DNA of 32,628 nucleotides from Bdellovibrionota bacterium (GCA_044352465.1 JBILDU010000027.1:1-32628); one strand, 5' to 3'; positions 1-7,375 are shown, counted from the stretch's first letter. Notes: generated by a model from the sequence alone, not told the origin. Program-made: numbers and translations.

Positions 1-391
1 TCGCCGAAATCTGGATCGTCTCACCGGTCGCTGGGTTGCGGCCCATGCGCGCCTTGGTGTGGCGAACGTACATCTTGCCAAGACCAAAGAGCGGGATCTT
101 GTAGCCACGGCGGAGCGAATCCTTCACAAAGGACGCAATGTCCTCGATGAGCTCGCGAGCTTGCGAGCGCTTGTCGAGACCACAGAAGCCACGGACGTTC
201 TCGATGAACTCAGACTGAGTGTAGCTGAGGGTGCTCGTGTTCTTCGGCTTCGAGGCGGAGCGCACCTTCTGAACCTTCGCCGGAGCAGCAGCCTTAGCGG
301 CAGCCTTCGGAGCGGCCTTCTTCGCAGCAACTTTCTTAGCCGGAGCGGCTTTCTTAGCTACCTTCGCCTTCTTGGCGATTTTCTTTGCCAT
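1..391 (-). CDS. HU-family DNA-binding protein with N-terminal Lys/Ala/Pro-rich (histone H1-like) tail; 3' end runs off the window
   Basis: Manual translation of the reverse strand from ATG at 391: MAKKIAKKAKVAKKAAPAKKVAAKKAAPKAAAKAAAPAK...YTQSEFIENVRGFCGLDKRSQARELIEDIASFVKDSLRRGYKIPLFGLGKMYVRHTKARMGRNPATGETIQISA. The GLG and GRNPATGETIQI segments match the HU/IHF signature. SD-like AAGGGGA lies upstream. Not in the supplied ORF track. Confidence 0.92.
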   Translation of the reverse strand, partial: MAKKIAKKAKVAKKAAPAKKVAAKKAAPKAAAKAAAPAKVQKVRSASKPKNTSTLSYTQSEFIENVRGFCGLDKRSQARELIEDIASFVKDSLRRGYKIPLFGLGKMYVRHTKARMGRNPATGETIQISA

Positions 392-872
392 ATACAATTC
401 CCCTTTAAGGAGTGAATAAATATTCGAAACTTTCCATCACGCCGCTTCCGGTGGTCCCCCTCGACATCTCCAAGACAACGAGGAGAAACACTCAAAATCG
501 GCGTAAAAAGCCCGAAATGCCGCAGCATTTCGCGGTTTATGATAGAAACACTGTGGACATTAAATCAATAAAAAAAAGAGCGAAAGATACATTTTTGAAT
601 TTTAGATCGCTCATAAAAGGGCGAAAAACCCCACGAAAAGCACGTTTTCTCTTCCCCCGCGGGGAACTCAGGCCAACCGACGGGGTCGCGCAGCCTCCCT
701 GCATAGCCCAAAAAAAAGGGGCGACGGCAACGCGACACGCCTCCGCGAGACGCTCGCGAAAAGTCTCTTAAAATGCCGTAAATACGCCCATTTTAGACAA
801 AAAGCGGTCCCCTGTGATGCCGGACGGAACCGGGATCCGCAGGACACAAGGGTCACCGCGAGACAGCGCCCC

Positions 873-899
873 AGGTTCAGGAGTGAAGGTTCAGGAGTG
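873..899. repeat. Perfect 13-bp direct repeat AGGTTCAGGAGTG x2 (period 14)
   Basis: Copies at 873-885 and 887-899, read directly. Confidence 0.85.
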
Positions 900-1568
900 C
901 GCTATCAGCCAAAGCAAGGTGTCTCAATAACCCTTCAGCGAGGACACTTTTAAGCCGCAAATCGTCCGTCCGAGCCCCCTACTTTCCCCACGATTTGTCG
1001 ATTCAACCAGGAGTGGCCGGCCTGAGCATCGCCTGGTGGGACGCTTCATAGCTAAACGCTTCCCCGATCCGGGTGAGGAATCGGTGGAAGGTGTTCGGCG
1101 CCCGACGCAACGCGAAGGAGGGCCCATCTTTCAGGCTCTCCACAGTTTGGAGCGCGTTCGCGTTAGGGCAGACTTCGGCCGTGGCATCGACGAGCTCGTC
1201 GGAGTCAGCCGAACGGAGCCCAAAGGCGAACCGGACCAAGAAGCGAGTGCCCCGCCCCCGGCTCAACTCTCAGGTGAAAAATGTCGGGAGGGAGTGTCCG
1301 CCCCCAATTGCACCCCCCTTTGATGACCTCAGAAACGGCTCACCAAGCCGGTCGTCCTTGCCTCACAATACGTTTTAAGCCTCGAAAATCCGATTTTTAT
1401 CCAATAAATTCATAAGACTAAAAAAGTGGTGCGCAAAAAGCACACCAAGCCTCGAGCGCCTCATATCACTTTTAGAGTTTCGATTGACGGTTGTTTTCGA
1501 AGCTCTCGGTTGAGGTCAGGGTTTTTACCCGCCCCCGATTCAGGGCGGTAAGCGAAAGAGGTTGTAAA

Positions 1569-1895
1569 ATGGAAAATTCACAAAGTCAGAACGTGGCGCA
1601 GATTCAACACCTCCCCAGATTAAGTCGCACATCACGGCGCGGCAGGAAGCCGGAGTACCACGACCCGCGTCTTGTCGAACTCCTTTTCCAGTGCTGGCTC
1701 GAGCGCGAGCGGATGTGTGCGAAGCGTTTAGTGATTCAATTGGAGTCGTGGCTCAACGAGTTTGAGTCACGCAACGGCGCGACTCCTGAGGAGCTCAGGA
1801 AGATATTCCTGGAGATCAGCGCTGCCACTATCGACCGGGTTCTTAAGGGCCGCCGGGATGAGTGGTACGCCACGAATGGCAAGCTGCGGGCCTAG
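1569..1895 (+). CDS. Small protein (108 aa) resembling the non-catalytic DNA-binding portion of DDE/integrase-core transposases (ISNCY-like); no catalytic domain
   Basis: RRGRKPEY...LFQCW...MCAKRL...W...LLEISAATIDRVLK-like sequence (here FLEISAATIDRVLK) matches, from recall, the RGRxxxY...W...CGKRL...ISAATIDRLL block that precedes the DDE core in these transposases. The ORF stops about 14 codons later. ATG at 1569 has AAAGAGG upstream; the track start at 1491 is TTG. Confidence 0.65.
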   Translation: MENSQSQNVAQIQHLPRLSRTSRRGRKPEYHDPRLVELLFQCWLERERMCAKRLVIQLESWLNEFESRNGATPEELRKIFLEISAATIDRVLKGRRDEWYATNGKLRA

Positions 1896-1897
1896 AG

Positions 1898-1987
1898 TTT
1901 CGAACAACCCCCTCCCTAACGGGGCCCGGCCGGCCTCCCCCAACCCCCCCCACAAAGGGTCGGCTGGGCCTCGTTAGGGATTTTTTA
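1898..1987 (+). ncRNA. Putative structured small RNA, unit 1 (leader - 24-bp stem - 20-nt C-rich loop - U6)
   Basis: Leader TTTCGAACAACCCC at 1898-1911. Arms 1913-1936 and 1957-1980 pair 24/24 with 4 G-U. Loop CCCCCAACCCCCCCCACAAA at 1937-1956. TTTTTT at 1981-1986. Confidence 0.65.
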
Positions 1988-2007
1988 ACTCGATGTAAGG
2001 AATAAGA

Positions 2008-2097
2008 TTTCGAACAACCCCTTCCCCGGTGACGCTCGGCTCGCTTCCCCCAACCCCCCCCACAATAAGCGAGTCGGGTGCCACCGGGGATTTTTTA
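2008..2097 (+). ncRNA. Putative structured small RNA, unit 2 (same geometry, different stem sequence)
   Basis: Leader TTTCGAACAACCCC at 2008-2021. Arms 2023-2046 and 2067-2090 pair 23/24 with 3 G-U and one A-C mismatch. Loop CCCCCAACCCCCCCCACAAT at 2047-2066. TTTTTT at 2091-2096. Offset from unit 1 is exactly 110 bp. Confidence 0.65.
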
Positions 2098-2187
2098 TCT
2101 CTGGGGTTCGGCGCACCCGGTGGTGTTCCACCCCCGTAAGGTATGCCAGGATGTAAGGAATCTCTTTGACTGACACCGGGTAGCTTC

Positions 2188-3417
2188 GTGTGGGTGGTAT
2201 TTTTTTTCTTTCTGGGGACTCGGGCGGCGCTGGCCGAGGGGTTTTTCGCGAGTGCGGGACACGGTTTCTCGTTAGAACTTCCGGCGGGATACCAGGTGAT
2301 CGCGATACCCGAGCCCCGCGTGGCGCTCGCGGCGCGGCCGAGCGGTGGAGGATTCCCCACCCTGACCGTGACGGTTGAGCCTGGCCCGTTCCACGGGGAA
2401 CAACCGCAGGTGGAGCTCCGCGGAGCTCGTATCCTGGAGAGCTATCGGGCTATCGGGCTTATCGATGCCCAACTAAAAGGAGTTTCGACTCCCAGTGGGC
2501 GTGAGCGGACAACAGTAAACGCGCAACTTGAATACACTCAAGGGGAAAGACGCTTCCTCGCCGAGGTGACCGAGATAACCGTTCCAGAGCGACGAATCAC
2601 GGTTACGTGGCTCGGACCGCGGGAGGTTGTTCAGCATTCTTACGCTGACCTAAACAAGGTCAGGGAGTCGTTACGAGTGGAATCGGTGACAACCGTCGAT
2701 CCCGCTACTGCGCTGCGCCCTCTCGACTTCGGCCCCATCTACGCGGAAACCGAGATGGGGCGCTTTCCGGTCGAGCCGTGGAATACCGCCAGTAATTTGG
2801 TCTTTCTTCTGGTCCTCATCGTCTTTGCACGCCGTACCGCACTGGATAGACGCCGCTACCCTTTCCTCGTCCCAGGGCTCCTCGTTCTCGCCGTTGGATT
2901 TGTCGGTGGCACAGTTTATCACGCCACGCGGAGCCACAATGTTTGGCTCCTCCTCGACTTCTTGCCGATCTTAATCCTCACCGGAGCGGCCTCGATCTAC
3001 TTCTGGTGCGCCGTGGTGGCAAATCGCTACCTCGCGATAGCCCTCTGCCTTGCCTTGCTCCTCAGCGGGAGGCTTCTCCGGGTCTATCTGGAACTTCCGA
3101 AGAATCTGGGCATCACCCTAAGCTACCTCGGGGCCGCGCTCGCAATCCTCATCCCGGCGGCGCTTCACGCCCAACGTTGTGGACGGGAGCACCGCCGCTT
3201 TCTGGGGTGGGCCACGATCTTTTTCGCCCTCGCCCTCACCTGCCGGTATGTCGACAAAGGGGCCGGGATGACGTGGCTCCCTATGGGCACTCACTTTCTG
3301 TGGCACATTCTCGGAGGAATGAGTGTCTGGGCGCTCCTTCATTATATCGCGCGAATTGAGGAAGATGCCCAACGCGGCAAAGCGCAAGGTGACAATCCCC
3401 TCACGAGCGCACCGTGA
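2188..3417 (+). CDS. Membrane protein: signal peptide + soluble N-terminal domain (PsbP/DcrB-like by inference) fused to a CREST-superfamily ceramidase-like 7-TM domain
   Basis: The C-terminal half has YAE...EPWNTASNLVF, GGTVYHA, LDFLPI and GTHFLWH, typical of the alkaline-ceramidase/CREST Zn-binding motifs, with about 7 hydrophobic segments. The N-terminus is hydrophobic and ends in ALA, followed by GFSLELPAGY. GTG start is uncertain. Confidence 0.72.
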   Translation: MWVVFFFFLGTRAALAEGFFASAGHGFSLELPAGYQVIAIPEPRVALAARPSGGGFPTLTVTVEPGPFHGEQPQVELRGARILESYRAIGLIDAQLKGVSTPSGRERTTVNAQLEYTQGERRFLAEVTEITVPERRITVTWLGPREVVQHSYADLNKVRESLRVESVTTVDPATALRPLDFGPIYAETEMGRFPVEPWNTASNLVFLLVLIVFARRTALDRRRYPFLVPGLLVLAVGFVGGTVYHATRSHNVWLLLDFLPILILTGAASIYFWCAVVANRYLAIALCLALLLSGRLLRVYLELPKNLGITLSYLGAALAILIPAALHAQRCGREHRRFLGWATIFFALALTCRYVDKGAGMTWLPMGTHFLWHILGGMSVWALLHYIARIEEDAQRGKAQGDNPLTSAP

Positions 3418-3489
3418 TCCTCGCTCGCACCAGGATTCGGTTTCAGCGACAGGGCGTTTCGGATTATTCAAGGGCGGGGTCGTACAAAA

Positions 3490-4386
3490 CTAACTCGACG
3501 GACTAACCTCGCAGCCAAGCCGTCGCCTTAAAAGGGGCCTCAACCGCTCGATCGTCTCGGGGGAAACAGCGTCGAGGGGGGTAATCAGCGCCGCATCGAG
3601 GGCACACGCAGCCAGTTGCGAGGGGGCCTCCTGCCGCAGCCCCGCGGCGATACCAGCGATAATGGCCTTCGCATGGAGCGCGTTCGTCTGCATGGTTGCC
3701 ATTACCTGGGCTACATCGACATCGTGACCATCCCCCTTCCAACAGTCGTAATCGGTCACGAGGGCAAGGGTCGCGTAGGCGAGCTCCGCCTCACGGGCAA
3801 GCTTGGCCTCCGGCAAGGCGGTCATCCCGATAAGGGAAGCTCCCCAATAACGGAAAAGATGCGACTCTGCGCGGGTCGAAAACGCTGGCCCCTCCATACA
3901 GACGTAGGTGCCTCCACTAACGAGATTGAATCCAGCCTCCCGAGCGATTGAGGTCCCCACACGGTCCAAGACGGCGCGCAGGGTCGGGCAGTACGGATCG
4001 GCGAAAGCGACATGGGCGACGAGCCCATCACCGAAAAATGTACCGGCTCGCCCCACGGTCCGGTCGATGAGCTGATCGGGGATAACGATCGTTCCAGGGG
4101 GCAACTCCTCTCGCAAACTGCCTACCGCACTCACCGAGATACACCACTCCGCCCCGAGTGACTTTAAGGCGAAGATGTTAGCTCGATAATTAATCTCACT
4201 TGGGGAGAGCGCGTGTCGCAGGCCGTGCCGCGGGAGGAACAGAAGAGTTGCACCGTTCAACGTTCCACACGTCACCGGCCCGGAGGGCTCACCAAATGGG
4301 GTATCAACGACCACGGTTGAGACGTCCTGAAGTCCGTCCATTGCATACAAGCCTGAGCCACCGATAATTCCGATTTTTGTCGCCAT
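3490..4386 (-). CDS. mtnP: S-methyl-5'-thioadenosine phosphorylase
   Basis: IGIIGGSGLY, TPFGEPS, FLPRHG, INYRANIFALK, SAVGSL, MEGPAFSTRAES, GMTALPEAKLAREAE and VTDYDCW motifs. Start moved to ATG at 4386 (MATKIG). Confidence 0.95.
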   Translation of the reverse strand: MATKIGIIGGSGLYAMDGLQDVSTVVVDTPFGEPSGPVTCGTLNGATLLFLPRHGLRHALSPSEINYRANIFALKSLGAEWCISVSAVGSLREELPPGTIVIPDQLIDRTVGRAGTFFGDGLVAHVAFADPYCPTLRAVLDRVGTSIAREAGFNLVSGGTYVCMEGPAFSTRAESHLFRYWGASLIGMTALPEAKLAREAELAYATLALVTDYDCWKGDGHDVDVAQVMATMQTNALHAKAIIAGIAAGLRQEAPSQLAACALDAALITPLDAVSPETIERLRPLLRRRLGCEVSPSS

Positions 4387-4677
4387 GTGCGTAAAACTCC
4401 GCTTTCTGGTCCTTACTCCGCTCCGTGGTTTCAGTAACCACTTCCATCGGGGTCTTGGAAAGAGTTTTTCACAAATCTCTGGCAAGCGCCGGGGCTGTCA
4501 TCCCCTGGCAGCCCGAGCGCTGAACGGCTGCTCTGGTGAAAAGACCTTCGAGAAACCCCACTAGCCATATGATTAAACTAAAGATTTCGAACCAAAAGGC
4601 TTTAGAAATCTCCCCGAAAGACCGACCCATACTGTCAGCGGAAACTCGGCGACCCTCGCCCTCGAGCCTCTAAGAAT

Positions 4678-5412
4678 ATGATATCACCAAAGAAAACCAG
4701 GCTTTATCAGATCCTTGATGGGGATCGGGAACTGTCATCACCGCTCATTGAACGTTCGAGCCTTATACTGATCGCCGAGAAACCCCGACCGGTACTTCCA
4801 ACTGCGAGCGCCACTTGGATGACCGGAACAGCGCTCCTCGCCTTCCTCGGACTCCTCGCTCACGAATTCCGCGGGTACCTGACCGATCCGATTTATCAGG
4901 CGGGAGCCATCAGCATCTTTGTCTCGGTGCTCGTTGGTACCACACTGTGGGCTCGTTCGGGTTATCAAGAGATTCGGAATTTCGCCGCGACGTTGCGGCA
5001 ACCTCTGCGAGAGCTTGATGACATCCTCAGCTACCTCCAAACCTATCAAGCCGATCTTGACCGGAGGACTAGCCGCTATTTTCACTGTGTTACCAATACC
5101 AAAGTAACGTCGTATTTTGTGTTGTCACAAATCATCCTGGCGCTTCGAAAGCGTAGCGAGGAGGTCGCTGAGCTCCTCGACAATCCGGTGCGTGAGAATC
5201 TTCTGATCGCACACGAGTCGCTCTCGGGCACCCTCGTTTTTCGGGACTCGATGTCCCAGACCCACGGCACCGTCCACGTGATTCCGCTCGCTCGATTAAA
5301 GGTGACGATCGTTCAATTAATTGAATTTATCGATGAGGAGATTGCGAACCTCGAGCGTGAGCTCGTGATTGAACAGCAAAACTTCTCGACCGGCTCAGAT
5401 CTACCGAACTGA
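4678..5412 (+). CDS. Hypothetical membrane protein (two N-terminal TM helices, helical C-terminal region)
   Basis: 244-aa ORF filling the gap between mtnP and pepF. Hydrophobic segments WMTGTALLAFLGLLA and AGAISIFVSVLVGTTLW. No recognised motif; start uncertain. Confidence 0.7.
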   Translation: MISPKKTRLYQILDGDRELSSPLIERSSLILIAEKPRPVLPTASATWMTGTALLAFLGLLAHEFRGYLTDPIYQAGAISIFVSVLVGTTLWARSGYQEIRNFAATLRQPLRELDDILSYLQTYQADLDRRTSRYFHCVTNTKVTSYFVLSQIILALRKRSEEVAELLDNPVRENLLIAHESLSGTLVFRDSMSQTHGTVHVIPLARLKVTIVQLIEFIDEEIANLERELVIEQQNFSTGSDLPN

Positions 5413-5468
5413 CCCACTCACGCCGCCGGACTTATCCAGGAGCATCACAATATCAACGGCAAGCCGCT

Positions 5469-7328
5469 TTAACGGCTTTTGCGCCGCGCCATTACCTCGA
5501 GCTCGCCGACCATACGAGCAATGACATCGATACCGTCTTGCCAAAAGAGGCGCCGCGTCAAATCGACTCCGAGCGGTTTGAGAATCGTCTGTGGATCGGC
5601 GCTCGCCCCTGCCCCCAGAATGTCGAGATAATGCTCGACGAATCCGGGACGCTGCTGCACGTATTGCTCATAGAGCGACAAAGTCAAAAGCTCGCCAAAA
5701 GCGTACGCATAGACGTAGAACGGACTGTGAATAAAGTGAGGTATATAGCTCCACCACAGGTCATAGTCTGGCGTGAGCCCCACTGTCGTCCCAAACATCG
5801 CAGACTGGGTCGACCGCCAGATCTCATTGATCCTTTCAGTTGAAACCTCGCCCTCCTCACGCCGTGCCCGGTGCAGCGCTTGCTCAAAGGTGAACATCGC
5901 TATTTGGCGGTGCACGGTGCTGAAGATACTCTCCACTTTGCTTGCAACAAGCGGGAAGATCTCCCTCTCATTGAGCTCTCGCTTTAAGTAATCGAAGACG
6001 AGCATCTCACTAAACACGCTCGCAGTTTCGGCGACGGTGAGAGGTACATCTGAATTAAGGTAACCTTGGGGAGCCATCAACACGAAATGGATGGCATGCC
6101 CCAATTCGTGGGCAAGCGTGAGTACATCACGCAAGGACCCGGTGAAGTTCGTGAGGACATAGGGATGCTTCGAAGGGGTCACCGGATGACAGAAAGCCCC
6201 GCCGCGCTTCCCGGGACGTACGGCAGCATCGATCCAGTTACGCTCGAAAAACTGTTCCGCCAATCGGCGATAGCCCGGAGCGAATCGTTCGAAAGCGATA
6301 AGGACGATCTCACGCGCTTCCGCGTATGAGAAAATCCGCCCCTCGCCCTTCGACATCGGTGCATACCGGTCATAATCAAGGAGCGCCTTAATCCCGAGAA
6401 CCTTCGACTTCAACCGGTAGTACCGGTGCACCAGTGCATAGCTCGACCGCACCACATCAGCCATCGTGTCGACCATCGGAGCGGACATCTCGTTACTCAG
6501 ATGACGCGCGCTCTCCGGCTCTACGAAGCGGCGATACTTATCTTCAATTCGCTTGTCCTCGTACAGCGTATTAAACACGAAGGTGTTCAGCTTCGCCCGC
6601 GTCCTCAGACCAGCGGTAAGGCCCTCGGCCGCGGCGCGACGCACTTTCCGGTCGCTGTTTTGGAGAAGTTCGAGCGTTTCCGTCCCGGTGAGCGAGGCGG
6701 TCTTGCCCTGAATTTTAACCGGGTAGCGTAGCTCGGCGTGTTCTTGATCGAACAAACGATTAAAAGCCGCACGCCCTGTGAGGTTCCGTTCCTCGATGAG
6801 TCGCTCCTCTGCCTCACTCAAACGGTGGGGTTTGTAGGTGAGCACCTTCTCGACGTAGTGGCGCAGGCGCTTCATCTCAGGCGCGCGGACGAAGCGGCGT
6901 AATCTCCCTTCAGGGAGCGCGGCGAGCTCAAGCTCGAAAAAGAGAAGCTCTTGAGAGATAGCGACCAGTCGTGCACTTACTTTTTGGAGGAACGCTCCCC
7001 GCGCCGCGTCAGCCGGAGCTTCAGCGTAACGCAGGTAAGCATAGGCTCCGGGGACAGCTAAGTCCTCCTGAATCGTCTCGTATTCATTAAGGATCTCGGC
7101 AAGTGCGGCACCGCTCGAGACACGCTTTGCGAGCTTCCCGCGATAACGGCTCTGGAAACTTTGCGCCGCTTTCTCGCCACGCCGCATCTCGCGCTCGATC
7201 GCTGGATCGGTGAGATCGCGATAAAGATCGCTCAGATCCCATGCAGGGACCTTCCCCTTTGCCAATCGCGCTTTATTCGAGCGGGCCCCACCCTTCGATA
7301 CGACCTTGTGTGACATGCCTCTACTCAT
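5469..7328 (-). CDS. pepF: M3B oligoendopeptidase F
   Basis: N-terminal WDLSDLY, WIDAAVRPGKRGGAFC, zinc motif TLAHELGHAIH, AETASVFSE and HFIHSPFYVYAYAFG. Start placed at ATG 7328 with GAGGAG upstream. Confidence 0.93.
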   Translation of the reverse strand: MSRGMSHKVVSKGGARSNKARLAKGKVPAWDLSDLYRDLTDPAIEREMRRGEKAAQSFQSRYRGKLAKRVSSGAALAEILNEYETIQEDLAVPGAYAYLRYAEAPADAARGAFLQKVSARLVAISQELLFFELELAALPEGRLRRFVRAPEMKRLRHYVEKVLTYKPHRLSEAEERLIEERNLTGRAAFNRLFDQEHAELRYPVKIQGKTASLTGTETLELLQNSDRKVRRAAAEGLTAGLRTRAKLNTFVFNTLYEDKRIEDKYRRFVEPESARHLSNEMSAPMVDTMADVVRSSYALVHRYYRLKSKVLGIKALLDYDRYAPMSKGEGRIFSYAEAREIVLIAFERFAPGYRRLAEQFFERNWIDAAVRPGKRGGAFCHPVTPSKHPYVLTNFTGSLRDVLTLAHELGHAIHFVLMAPQGYLNSDVPLTVAETASVFSEMLVFDYLKRELNEREIFPLVASKVESIFSTVHRQIAMFTFEQALHRARREEGEVSTERINEIWRSTQSAMFGTTVGLTPDYDLWWSYIPHFIHSPFYVYAYAFGELLTLSLYEQYVQQRPGFVEHYLDILGAGASADPQTILKPLGVDLTRRLFWQDGIDVIARMVGELEVMARRKSR

Positions 7329-7375
7329 CCGCTCCTCTCCCCAAGAAATAGCCACCTCAGAAAGGCTGGTCGCCC

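Noticed and set aside
400..800. Replication origin in the A-tract-rich region upstream of HU
   Set aside because: No cluster of TTATCCACA DnaA boxes was seen and no dnaA, dnaN or gidA neighbours are present.
1083..1284. Glycine-riboswitch-like fragments (CGAAGGAG...ATCTTTCAGG and ACCAAGAAGC...AACTCTCAGGTGAAAA)
   Set aside because: The P3 pairing fails in the first candidate aptamer. The second lacks the G of CCGAAG and a GGAGAG lead-in. No glycine-related gene follows, and the same blocks recur rearranged at 23.6 kb. A cmsearch with Rfam RF00504 would settle it.
1285..1320. tmRNA or tRNA-like 5' end on the minus strand (GGGGGTGCAA...)
   Set aside because: It is not followed by the GGxTTCGA D-loop-like motif, and no matching T-arm or CCA end was found. 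No tRNA or rRNA was recognised anywhere in the window.
59..1378. Short track ORFs 59-415, 124-330, 412-771, 668-856, 924-1127, 1003-1266, 1036-1323 and 1073-1378
   Set aside because: The first two are antisense or off-frame shadows of the HU gene. The rest overlap each other, lack clear SD sequences and look non-coding, although a real small gene cannot be excluded.
1898..2097. CRISPR or TIGR-type guide array interpretation of the tandem units
   Set aside because: There are only two units. The variable segments are self-complementary and homologous between units rather than unique spacers, and no cas or Nop-domain gene is present in the window.
1473..2190. Complete insertion sequence
   Set aside because: No DDE catalytic domain is visible and no terminal inverted repeats were found.
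1762..2360. ORFs crossing the hairpin units (1762-1977, 1767-1955, 1974-2360, 1985-2176)
   Set aside because: They are Pro/Gly-rich translations of C/G runs. The 110-bp period is not a multiple of 3, and the substitution pattern follows base pairing rather than codons.
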